Source: Halioglobus sp. | Lineage (GTDB): Bacteria > Pseudomonadota > Gammaproteobacteria > Pseudomonadales > Halieaceae | Direction: 5' to 3' | Assembly: GCA_029246385.1 (NCBI GenBank) | Contig: JAQWNG010000044.1 | Span: 6,270-70,269, forward strand | Length of the DNA: 64,000 bases | In this document: piece by piece, positions 17,918 through 26,403 of the stretch | Layout of the letters: each line of letters begins with the position of its first letter | Position numbering within the stretch: position 1 is the first letter of the stretch | Made by a program: the position numbers and the translations under genes | The notes under the pieces: model-generated | The model's input: only the letters and a program-made list of their open reading frames with translations | Databases searched by the model: none | What the model was told of the DNA's origin: nothing

Positions 17918-19081
17918 TTACCTCGGCATTCCCAGCATTCGTTCGGCGACAATGTTACGCTGTACTTCATTCGTGCCGGCATAAATCGGTCCAGACTGGG
18001 AGAACAACCACCCATCCAACCATGTGCCTACACCGTTCGCAGCCGGCGCGTGCGCAGCGAGTTCCGCTCGAGCACCTAAAATACTCATGGCGGTGGCGTG
18101 CATATTCTGGTCCAACTCCGACCAAAAAATTTTATTGGTAGAGGACTCTGCTCCAATCTTGCCGCCTTTATTTAAACGACAGGCCGTCTGATAAGTTGCA
18201 AGACAGTAACTCTCCGCATCAAGATAAGCACCAAGGACCGCATCTTTGACCGCAGGATCACAATCTGCCGACGCGCGATTAGCCATATACAGCTCGACCA
18301 GGCGCCGTGCGGTTTCCTGAAAACGCGCCGGCGAGCGCAACATCAGGCCGCGCTCGAAGCCCGCTGTTGCCATCGCAACACCCCAACCTGCGCCCTCATC
18401 ACCAAGGCGATTCTCAATGCCAACCTCAACATTATCGAAGAATATTTCCGCGAAGCCGGGCAGCCCGTCGAGCTGCGGAATCGGGCGCACAGTGATACCC
18501 GGACTGCTCAGCGGCACCAAAATAAACGTAAGACCCCGATGGCGTTCAGACTGCGGATCTGTGCGAAACATACCGAAACACCAGTCCGCCCATACGGCTC
18601 GGGTAGACCACGTTTTCTGGCCGTTAATAATATACTTGTCCCCCTGCAGCATCGCGGTGGTGCGTATTGCCGCCATATCGGAGCCCGCGTTGGGCTCTGA
18701 CCAAGCCTGCGCCCACACCTCTTCACCGTTGGCCATTTTAGGAAGGATGCGCGCTTTCTGTTCTTCTGTGCCGTACTCCATCAGGGTCGGACCGAGGAGA
18801 AAGATACCGTTCTGGTTCACGCGCAACGGGGCCCGCATTTTGTAATATTCTTCCTCGAAGATCAGCCACTCGATCAAATCGCAGCCGCGGCCGCCCAGCA
18901 CCTGCGGCCATGTCACCATCCCCCAGCGGCCTTTGTTGAGCGTTGCTTCCCATGCTCTGTGCTGCGTAAAACCTTCCTCAGTATCAAAGCTTTTCAGCGC
19001 CTCAACTGGGACATTGTCGGCGAGCCAGCTGCGAACCTCCTCACGAAAGGCCTGCTGTTGCTCTGTATATGCAAGATCCAT
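17918..19081 (-). CDS. acyl-CoA dehydrogenase, alpha-type subunit
   Basis: 387 aa. The C-terminal motif is IYAGTNEVQRNIVAERMLGMPR. Confidence 0.85.
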   Translation of the reverse strand: MDLAYTEQQQAFREEVRSWLADNVPVEALKSFDTEEGFTQHRAWEATLNKGRWGMVTWPQVLGGRGCDLIEWLIFEEEYYKMRAPLRVNQNGIFLLGPTLMEYGTEEQKARILPKMANGEEVWAQAWSEPNAGSDMAAIRTTAMLQGDKYIINGQKTWSTRAVWADWCFGMFRTDPQSERHRGLTFILVPLSSPGITVRPIPQLDGLPGFAEIFFDNVEVGIENRLGDEGAGWGVAMATAGFERGLMLRSPARFQETARRLVELYMANRASADCDPAVKDAVLGAYLDAESYCLATYQTACRLNKGGKIGAESSTNKIFWSELDQNMHATAMSILGARAELAAHAPAANGVGTWLDGWLFSQSGPIYAGTNEVQRNIVAERMLGMPR

Positions 19082-19084
19082 TGT

Positions 19085-19843
19085 CTAATCCTTAAACGTC
19101 ACGTCACGTTTTTGTACAAAAGCATCGCGCGACTCCTGCGAGTCATCCATGGTGTAAGCTTCCAACGTAAAGCCTTGTTCCCAGCGATACTTATCTTCTA
19201 GATTGCCATCCTCAATACCGGTGAGCGCTTCCTTAGCCAGCTTGACCATTGCTGGCGATTTCGCCGCAATTTTAGCGGCAATATCCCGCGCGGCAGGCAG
19301 CAGTTCAGACAGCGGCACCACTTTTTCTACAGCGCCCAGTCGGTAGGCCTCCTGTGCGTCAATAAACTCTCCGGTAAAGTACATATAACGCACTTTTTGT
19401 ACCGGAAACATGCGCTGCAGATGCGCGCCACCACCCATGGCGCCGCGATCAATTTCCGGCACACCAAAGCGCGCGCAGTCAGAGCAGATAATAATGTCAG
19501 CAGCGCCGGCCATGCCAATCCCACCGCCGAGCACAAAACTGTGCAATGCGATAATCACCGGCTTGGGGTTACGATGAATGGCGCGAAAAGTCTCGTAGTT
19601 ACCCTTGTTGACATCCACTATTTTTGAGGGATGTGCAGCGAGTTCCTTGATATCCACACCGGCACAAAACCCTTTTCCAGCCGCACCAATAATGACTACG
19701 CGGACATCATCATTGACACCTAGCGCATCAATCTGAGCCGCAATAGAGAACCAGCCTGCGCTGTCAAAAGCGTTAACTGGAGGATGATCGAGAATCATCT
19801 CCGCAATACCGTTTTCGATACTCACCTTAAAAGGCTTGGACAT
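19085..19843 (-). CDS. enoyl-CoA hydratase/isomerase (crotonase) family, EchA20-like by context
   Basis: The track ORF extends to 19936 over the upstream gene. ATG at 19843 is preceded by AGGAG, giving 252 aa. Crotonase motifs: PPVNAF, FCAGVDIKE, GGGIGMAG. Confidence 0.85.
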   Translation of the reverse strand: MSKPFKVSIENGIAEMILDHPPVNAFDSAGWFSIAAQIDALGVNDDVRVVIIGAAGKGFCAGVDIKELAAHPSKIVDVNKGNYETFRAIHRNPKPVIIALHSFVLGGGIGMAGAADIIICSDCARFGVPEIDRGAMGGGAHLQRMFPVQKVRYMYFTGEFIDAQEAYRLGAVEKVVPLSELLPAARDIAAKIAAKSPAMVKLAKEALTGIEDGNLEDKYRWEQGFTLEAYTMDDSQESRDAFVQKRDVTFKD

Positions 19844-19847
19844 AACA

Positions 19848-20927
19848 CTACTCCTGAGAATGTTCGGTAACGCGCAGTGATAAACAAGTAAGGCGTTGCT
19901 TGGCCTCGGTAACAATAGAATTAACCAGCTGCTCACAGCTCAGCAACTCGTTGATCACACCCGCCACCTGACCCGAGGGCAGAACACCTAGCGACGGCTC
20001 ACCGTCAACCATCGCCTTTTGGATGATCATTGGCGCGTTGGCAGACATGATTGCCTGAGCCGCGGTCATGTCATCGTCCTTGCCCATGGCAATAGCAGAC
20101 TGCAACAAACTAAACAACGTGGCACCGGTGTGCTTTCGAAACGCGAGCCCGTTACGCATCGCAATAATCAGCTTGCGCACAGTGCTAGCCTTCTCTAGTT
20201 CGGTAAGTAACTCATTCATAATCATACGCTGAGGTATGCCGTCCATCGCTTTGGAGACGATAATGTTGCCGGGGTTTTTACAGTCGACATAACGCTGCAG
20301 CGTCTCTTGCGGCACAGGGCTTTCGTCAGTCATTAAAAAGCGTGTCCCCATCGCAATACCATCTGCGCCCCACGATAGTGCAGCCAGTAAACCACGACCG
20401 TCCTTGAATCCGCCCGCCCCCACCACAGGTACTTTGTCTGCAACGGCATCAACGACCTGTGGGACCAGCAACGTGGTCGGGATTGGGCCGGTGTGACCAC
20501 CCCCTTCTCCACCTTGAACCGTCACGGCGTCAGCGCCAAGCTCTACGGCCTTAATCGCATGCTTTGGCAGGCCCACAGTCGGCATACAAACCACGCCTGC
20601 ACCCTTAAGCTTATGAATGAGCTCTGGGCCAGGGGAACGAGAATAGCTGACTGCTCGCACACCGTGGCGAATCACCATATCGACAATATCTGACGCATTA
20701 GGCTGATACATATGGAAATTGACGCCGAAAGGCTTGTCTGTGAGCTCCTTTACACGCAGGATATCCCGCTCCATTTCATCAGCAGGAATAGTTGCCCCGG
20801 CGAGAAAACCGAAAGCACCCGCATTGCAACTCCCTGCGACCAATTTTGGGTCGGCCACCCAGCCCATGGCGGTTTGGACAATGGGATAGCGACAGCCTAG
20901 AAGTGTCGTTAAGCGCGTTTCAAGCAT
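19848..20927 (-). CDS. ipdC: nitronate monooxygenase (NMO/2-nitropropane dioxygenase) family FMN oxidoreductase; IpdC-like acyl-CoA reductase by context
   Basis: 359 aa. Motifs: PIVQTAMGWVA, GGEGGGHTG. It sits directly downstream of the IpdAB-like pair, as Rv3553 does in M. tuberculosis. Confidence 0.7.
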   Translation of the reverse strand: MLETRLTTLLGCRYPIVQTAMGWVADPKLVAGSCNAGAFGFLAGATIPADEMERDILRVKELTDKPFGVNFHMYQPNASDIVDMVIRHGVRAVSYSRSPGPELIHKLKGAGVVCMPTVGLPKHAIKAVELGADAVTVQGGEGGGHTGPIPTTLLVPQVVDAVADKVPVVGAGGFKDGRGLLAALSWGADGIAMGTRFLMTDESPVPQETLQRYVDCKNPGNIIVSKAMDGIPQRMIMNELLTELEKASTVRKLIIAMRNGLAFRKHTGATLFSLLQSAIAMGKDDDMTAAQAIMSANAPMIIQKAMVDGEPSLGVLPSGQVAGVINELLSCEQLVNSIVTEAKQRLTCLSLRVTEHSQE

Positions 20928-20942
20928 GCATATTGCCTCGTG

Positions 20943-21743
20943 TCAGGAGCGGTTTCCTGGGGGATTATCGAGTATCTGGTGCGCCCGCTGGTTATGTGGA
21001 TCTAATGCAGCAATGATATCCAATTGTTCCTGCGTCGGCGCCTCAGTCGTTGGCACCTCTGCTGGAATGTGTAATGGATAACCGGTATTCTGCTGCACCT
21101 CTTCTACTGAAACACCCGGGTGCAATGACACCAACCGAATCTGATGATCCGGGCCACCGAAGTCCATCACGCACAAGTTGGTAATCACCAACCGGATATC
21201 GATATCGTCTAAGCTGTGCCCTTTGGGAAGGCGCGCTGGGTTATAGCCAATAGATGACACGAAGTCGCACTCACCTTCTTTAAATACGCGGGTATTGTGT
21301 CCGGGTACAAAAAAACTGTTCGGGTGAGAAATTGAGTTTCCCGGAAAGCCTCGGGCACCGAGCATCATGGTCTTAGGCTTATCATAGCTACCACCGAGCG
21401 CCGAAGTATTGGATTGACCATACTTATCAATCTGGGTCGGCCCGAGCATAGCATGCCGCTTACGACTCCAAACGTTGTCGAAGATGCGTGAAAACCCCAT
21501 CCAGCTCTCCGTTGATGGGACGAAGTCCGGGGCACGACTGCCGATCGGGTTTGGCTCACTCAACATCCACGCTTCCGAGTCAGTCATCATCAAATCAGGA
21601 TTAGTGGTTTTCATGGCAAGGCTGGCCGCCAGACGAGGAACCACACCAATACCGGTGCCCAATACTTCGCCTTCATTGGCGAAGGACTTGCTGGCGGCGA
21701 CAATGCAAAGTTCGGCCAGGGTATATTCAGCTGCTGCTGTCAT
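20943..21743 (-). CDS. ipdB: CoA-transferase family beta subunit, IpdB-like
   Basis: 266 aa. The N-terminus EYTLAELCIVAASKSF is typical of beta subunits of the IpdAB (COCHEA-CoA ring-opening) clade. It is paired with the alpha subunit 24 nt upstream. Confidence 0.75.
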   Translation of the reverse strand: MTAAAEYTLAELCIVAASKSFANEGEVLGTGIGVVPRLAASLAMKTTNPDLMMTDSEAWMLSEPNPIGSRAPDFVPSTESWMGFSRIFDNVWSRKRHAMLGPTQIDKYGQSNTSALGGSYDKPKTMMLGARGFPGNSISHPNSFFVPGHNTRVFKEGECDFVSSIGYNPARLPKGHSLDDIDIRLVITNLCVMDFGGPDHQIRLVSLHPGVSVEEVQQNTGYPLHIPAEVPTTEAPTQEQLDIIAALDPHNQRAHQILDNPPGNRS

Positions 21744-21767
21744 TGCGTCTCTCTCCTGGTGGTTCGA

Positions 21768-22646
21768 TTAATAGGTAGGCAATTCAATAGCGCAGATGGC
21801 ATCGAGGCCGCCCACATTATTTTGATATTCTTGTTCAGAGGCGCCGAGGTATTTCTGAACATAGTCTTTAAATCCCCCCTCTCCTTTGGCCGAGGCCGCA
21901 TAAGCCTTAAAATGCGCCACATCGAAGCCGTATAGCGGACTGCAAGACGTGGGGTGAGCGCCTCCGGCTATCGGCACCACGCCGCTGGTCATGGACCGCT
22001 CCCAATGCACCATGCGCGCTTGTGCAGGATCGTGAAAGTACTCAGACTCAACCAGTTCATCGCAAGACACAAAAGTCTTGACCGCCGCGCGTGCAAACCA
22101 GTCATCCATGTAATGATCAGGGCCGGCAATCTGACACACACCGCGCGCATCCGCCTTATCTGCATGAATGAGCGAAGCGTCCAGTTTTAGTGCAGGCATA
22201 GCGACCCATTCCTTTTCGTCATAAGGACTGTCGATCACTTTGATGCCAGGATTTTGAGTAATGACATCTGTACCTAAACCAACCTCTGTAGGAATAAAAG
22301 GAATACCCCAACTTGCTGCGCGCAACCCCAAGAGCATCATCCCCTCATCAATTTCCATCACTTCGATAGAGCCGGACTGACGGGCCTGACGAAAGTAAGG
22401 CTCCAGAGGAATAAAATCCAGCGAGACAAACGCGAATACAACCTTTTTCACCTTACCCGCAGCACACAACATACCGACGTCAGCACCGCCATAGGCAACG
22501 ATAGTAAGATCCTTTAGACTGGAGCGTAAAATTTCGCGCACTAGCGCCATTGGCTTGCGCCGTGGACCCCAACCACCGATACCAACGGTCATACCGTCTT
22601 CAAGTTGCGCGACGACTTCTGTCGCCGTCATTTGCTTGTTCATCAC
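21768..22646 (-). CDS. ipdA: CoA-transferase family alpha subunit, IpdA-like
   Basis: 292 aa. GMTVGIGGWGPRRKPMALVREILRS..DLTIVAYGG..GKVKKVVFAFVSLD and AMPALKLDASLIHA are collinear with my recollection of M. tuberculosis IpdA (Rv3551). Confidence 0.8.
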   Translation of the reverse strand: MMNKQMTATEVVAQLEDGMTVGIGGWGPRRKPMALVREILRSSLKDLTIVAYGGADVGMLCAAGKVKKVVFAFVSLDFIPLEPYFRQARQSGSIEVMEIDEGMMLLGLRAASWGIPFIPTEVGLGTDVITQNPGIKVIDSPYDEKEWVAMPALKLDASLIHADKADARGVCQIAGPDHYMDDWFARAAVKTFVSCDELVESEYFHDPAQARMVHWERSMTSGVVPIAGGAHPTSCSPLYGFDVAHFKAYAASAKGEGGFKDYVQKYLGASEQEYQNNVGGLDAICAIELPTY

Positions 22647-22658
22647 TTCCTTCCTTTT

Positions 22659-23123
22659 CTAGCTGACGATCCGCGCCATGCGGTAGTCGTGTTTGATGAA
22701 ATTAACACCGAGAGTACTGTGCGCACTGCGCACGCCTGCGACAACACTAATCCGCTGATGTACAAACTCCGCCAAGTGCTCTGCGTTGCGCACCATGGTG
22801 ATTGCAAGGATATCGGAGCGGCCCAGCATCACCCCAACGAATCCTAACTCCGTGATATCCGCCAACTGCTCGGCAACGGCCTTGGTCTGTCCACTGCGCT
22901 CAACCTCAATCCAAATATAGGCCAGCGCGGCGTCCTTAAAACGATCAATATTGGTGACCGCTGTGATACGAATCAATTTTTCTTCTTCCATGCGCTTCAC
23001 CCTAGCGCGCACAGTGCCTTCAGTCACACCCAGTCGCTCAGCGATATCTCGATTACTTACCCGAGCATCGCGCGACAGTCGCTCGACGATAGCGAGGTCT
23101 GCTGCGTCAAGCTTACGCCGCAT
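22659..23123 (-). CDS. Lrp/AsnC-family transcriptional regulator
   Basis: 154 aa. HTH segment LDAADLAIVERLSRDARVSNRDIAERLGVTEGTVRARVKRM followed by a RAM-type ligand domain. It overlaps the upstream paralogue by 11 nt. Confidence 0.85.
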   Translation of the reverse strand: MRRKLDAADLAIVERLSRDARVSNRDIAERLGVTEGTVRARVKRMEEEKLIRITAVTNIDRFKDAALAYIWIEVERSGQTKAVAEQLADITELGFVGVMLGRSDILAITMVRNAEHLAEFVHQRISVVAGVRSAHSTLGVNFIKHDYRMARIVS

Positions 23124-23607
23124 GAAAAGGCACCCAGTCAGGCTGGTTCTTCAGCACATCTAGTGCAAGCGCCGGAGTGAGACGCCTCACGCCCGAAATA
23201 GCACCTAAGGTGCCACTAATCAATTCACTCAGCGCTGCCTGATTCTTGGACAGCACAAGAATTTCAATATCCTGCGCACCCACCACGACGTTGACGGAGA
23301 ACACCTCTGGGATAGCGGCCATTTCCCGCGCCACGACTTCTGGCGAACGCCCTTCGACTTGCACACCGATGGCCAGTAACATGCCGAAGCCCGCCGCTTC
23401 TGTGTCCGTCACCGCCACCACTCGCATCGTGTTGGACTCTTCCATGCGGCGCACCCGCGCCCGCACCGTATTTTCCGCGATATCCAGCTCGCGCGCGATA
23501 GCCCGATAGGCCATACGCCCGTCCGCGCGCAGCAGTGCAATAATCGCCTGATCCGTGTTGTCTAGGTCGATGTGGCGAGAGTGTGTACTGGCGGATAAAT
23601 CGTTCAC
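23113..23607 (-). CDS. Lrp/AsnC-family transcriptional regulator
   Basis: 164 aa. HTH segment LDNTDQAIIALLRADGRMAYRAIARELDIAENTVRARVRRM plus a RAM domain. Its GTG start overlaps the ligase stop (GTGA). Confidence 0.85.
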   Translation of the reverse strand: MNDLSASTHSRHIDLDNTDQAIIALLRADGRMAYRAIARELDIAENTVRARVRRMEESNTMRVVAVTDTEAAGFGMLLAIGVQVEGRSPEVVAREMAAIPEVFSVNVVVGAQDIEILVLSKNQAALSELISGTLGAISGVRRLTPALALDVLKNQPDWVPFHAA

Positions 23608-25190
23608 CGTTTTACCTCGGCGCTATTTGCCAATGCCGCTTTATCCACTTTTCCGCCCGCATTTATCGGAAGCTCGGGCAGGAAGACGACTGACCGCGGC
23701 ATCTTGTAATTCGCCATATGCGCCCGCGACCACTCAATAACCGCTGCCTCATCTACTGGATCGCCAGCATCCTTCACCAAAAAGGCTTTGGCTACCTCGC
23801 CCATGCGCTCATCGAACACACCGATTATCGCCGCCCTCGCGATGCCAGGCATGTCACACAGAATATTCTCAATTTCAGCGGGATAGCAGTTGAATCCTCC
23901 GACAATAAACATTTCCTTAATACGCCCAGTGATGCGCACGTAACCATCTTCATCCATAACGCCAACATCACCCGTTTTAAGCCAGCCATCATGGGTGATT
24001 GCGTCTGTCGTTGCTTCGCCATTGTTAAAATAATGGTGCATCACGTTGAAACCCCGAACCCAGATTTCCCCATCAACACCGGCAGCAACACACTGTCCTT
24101 GCTTGTCGACGCATTGAATTTCCGTTCCATCCATCGCGCGCCCAGAACTATGAGAAACACGCTCGGCACTGTCGTCGGCGCGGCAAATGGACACCACCCC
24201 ACACGTCTCAGTGAGCCCGTAGGCCGTCACCACGACTTCAAAACCCAGCTCCTCGCGCATCTGTCGTACCAGTTCGACCGGCACTGGCGCCGCGCCGGTC
24301 ACGGCGAGACGCAAACTGGATAGGTCATACTCTTTGCGCCGTGGATGCGCGAGCAGTGACTGGTAGATCGTCGGCGGCCCAGGAATCATGGAAATTTTTT
24401 CGCTCTCGATCTGCGCCAGCACAGCATCAAGATCGAAACTGAGCACCGGAATCATGCGGGCACCGCAAATAATGGCGGACAACCAGCCAGCCTTATAGCC
24501 AAAGGAGTGGAAGAACGGATTGATGATCAGATAATTGTCATCGCTGCACAGAGCGACAGTCGCACTCCAGTTCTCGAAGGTACGGATATTCTGGCCGTGC
24601 CCCGTCACCACACCCTTTGGGTTACCGGTGGTACCAGAGGTGAAAAGAATGTCTAGCGTATCACCGGGGGTTACTGCGGACGCTCTTAACGCCACCTCTT
24701 TCACCGGAACAGCCTCCCCAGCCGCAAGAAAATCTTCCCACGACTGGCACCCCGCCGCCACACCACTGAACAACACCGTGCGTTCGAGATCAGGGAGCGT
24801 CTGGCCAGCCAGCATTGCAGGGTAGTGCATGCCAAGAAAATCGCCCACCGTAAACAGCAGTTTCGCACCACTGGAACGAATGATGTAGGCGCCCTCAGAA
24901 CCCTTGTAGCGCGTATTCAGGGGAACCAGCACGCCCCCGATGCTCTGCGCGCCGATGGCCGCGATAATCCACTGGTAGATATTAGGCGCCCAGATAGCAA
25001 TGCGCTCTCCTTTTTCAAGCCCAGCGGCAATAAAGGCCCGCGCCGCACGCACCCGAGCAGCATCGAGCTGCTCGTAAGTCAGCTGCACCTCGCCATCAAT
25101 GATGGCAATGCGTGGGCCATAAGCCGCCGCCGCGTCGACAACGACCTGCGGCAGGGTACGCTCTTTGTATTGTTGGTTCGGATTAAGCAA
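23604..25190 (-). CDS. AMP-dependent acyl-CoA synthetase (FadD3/HIP-CoA ligase-like by context)
   Basis: 528 aa. Motifs: AMP-binding FTSGTTGNPKGV, TAYGLTE, TGD, GGKVDK. It is the first gene of the 15-gene block. TTG start. Confidence 0.8.
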   Translation of the reverse strand: MLNPNQQYKERTLPQVVVDAAAAYGPRIAIIDGEVQLTYEQLDAARVRAARAFIAAGLEKGERIAIWAPNIYQWIIAAIGAQSIGGVLVPLNTRYKGSEGAYIIRSSGAKLLFTVGDFLGMHYPAMLAGQTLPDLERTVLFSGVAAGCQSWEDFLAAGEAVPVKEVALRASAVTPGDTLDILFTSGTTGNPKGVVTGHGQNIRTFENWSATVALCSDDNYLIINPFFHSFGYKAGWLSAIICGARMIPVLSFDLDAVLAQIESEKISMIPGPPTIYQSLLAHPRRKEYDLSSLRLAVTGAAPVPVELVRQMREELGFEVVVTAYGLTETCGVVSICRADDSAERVSHSSGRAMDGTEIQCVDKQGQCVAAGVDGEIWVRGFNVMHHYFNNGEATTDAITHDGWLKTGDVGVMDEDGYVRITGRIKEMFIVGGFNCYPAEIENILCDMPGIARAAIIGVFDERMGEVAKAFLVKDAGDPVDEAAVIEWSRAHMANYKMPRSVVFLPELPINAGGKVDKAALANSAEVKR

Positions 25191-25257
25191 AGATTACTCG
25201 CAATTCATAGACCATAAGATTTATATGATAATCAGTATCCTATCAGTTTAAAACAAT

Positions 25258-25291
25258 TATTCGTAGATTTTTTACACTTATATTACGAATA
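25258..25291. promoter_or_regulatory. 8-bp perfect inverted repeat in the AT-rich region upstream of the ligase/Lrp/ipd operon
   Basis: TATTCGTA (25258-25265), an 18-nt AT-rich spacer, then TACGAATA (25284-25291). It lies 68-101 nt upstream of the ligase start at 25190. Confidence 0.4.
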
Positions 25292-25348
25292 CAGACAAGA
25301 CAAGGCACAACCCCGTCGAGAGACGCCGTTGCATCCCGACCGGATCGA

Positions 25349-25864
25349 TTACTGTGGCAGCGAAATCTCCATAATCGGTAACTCGTCTGGCATCCCGCCC
25401 AGCGACACGGCACAGCGAGAAAATCCACTGAAGTGAGCGACCACCAGTGATAGGTGGACCAGCGCTTTCGAGGTAAATTCCGCCAGCAATTCTGTCTTGA
25501 GCTGCTCTGTGAGACCACGCGGGTTCGCGAGAAACTGATCGGTAAATGCCACAATTAACTTCTCACGCTTGCTCAGGTCACTGCCTCTGAAATCGTCCTG
25601 AATCATCGCGACCTTGTCTTCGCTAAGCCCGTCTGCCTTTGCAATATCGTAACGCACGCTTTTACAGAAGACGCAATTGACTGTTCGAGCATTACGCAAA
25701 CGTGCAATCTCGATTTCTGACGGCGTGAGCGGGCCGCACTCCCAGATTTTTCGGTTGAGCGCCGCGTAATAGTCCAGCGTCTCTGGCACAAGGCCTAACG
25801 CGGAATCACGAATCATATTACCGCTAGGATTATTAGGGTTAACTGCGCGTGGGCCGCCCGTCAT
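25349..25864 (-). CDS. carboxymuconolactone decarboxylase (CMD)/AhpD-like family protein with CxxC
   Basis: The track ORF extends to 25909. ATG at 25864 overlaps the upstream stop (ATGA), giving 171 aa. It contains NCVFCKSVR (CxxC). Confidence 0.7.
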   Translation of the reverse strand: MTGGPRAVNPNNPSGNMIRDSALGLVPETLDYYAALNRKIWECGPLTPSEIEIARLRNARTVNCVFCKSVRYDIAKADGLSEDKVAMIQDDFRGSDLSKREKLIVAFTDQFLANPRGLTEQLKTELLAEFTSKALVHLSLVVAHFSGFSRCAVSLGGMPDELPIMEISLPQ

Positions 25865-26376
25865 AGTAGTTGTCCAGGCGGTTGCGTCGGAGCGGCCGCC
25901 AGCTGCCACAGAAGACTGAGCCGGGTCATGCCGTCGAGGATACCAAGCGCTTCCACCAACAATACCAAGCCTGCGTCACCGAAATGCATTTTCACGGCGT
26001 CAGCATGCTGGTCTGTTAATGCCTGCACATCCATGGCATAAACTTCAGTGAACGCAAGACAGGCGCGCTCTGCCGGTGAAAACAGACTCCCTGTATCCCA
26101 GTGCGCCAGATGGGCAGTTTTGCCTGCGGGGATTGCAATCTCCTGCCGCTGCAACTCAACAGCACAGCGATGCAACTGTGCGAGGCGTAATCGACACAAC
26201 TCTAGAACATCGGCGGGCACGTGCGACTGTGTCCACAAAGATGCATATAGCGCGTCGAATGGGGCCGCCAGTTCCGCAAGCTCGCCAATCGTGGTATCAC
26301 GATCATCACCATTAGTTACCCAACCCATAGACATCCCCTGAACGTTAAAACCTGTGCTAACACTCTGCTGGAGCAA
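25861..26376 (-). CDS. CMD/AhpD-like family protein (no CxxC)
   Basis: 171 aa from TTG at 26376; ATG at 26334 or 26328 (AGGGG 6 nt upstream) are alternative starts. The helical AhpD-like pattern (LELCRLRLAQLHRC) has no CxxC. Confidence 0.6.
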   Translation of the reverse strand: MLQQSVSTGFNVQGMSMGWVTNGDDRDTTIGELAELAAPFDALYASLWTQSHVPADVLELCRLRLAQLHRCAVELQRQEIAIPAGKTAHLAHWDTGSLFSPAERACLAFTEVYAMDVQALTDQHADAVKMHFGDAGLVLLVEALGILDGMTRLSLLWQLAAAPTQPPGQLL

Positions 26377-26403
26377 CAGCTGCCTATGGAGTATCCATCT
26401 TTT

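Noticed and set aside
25243-25554. A 103-aa minus-strand ORF spanning the CMD gene end and the AT-rich promoter region.
   Set aside because: It is out of frame with, and overlaps, the CMD-family CDS. It has no motif and extends into the AT-rich spacer that better fits a promoter.
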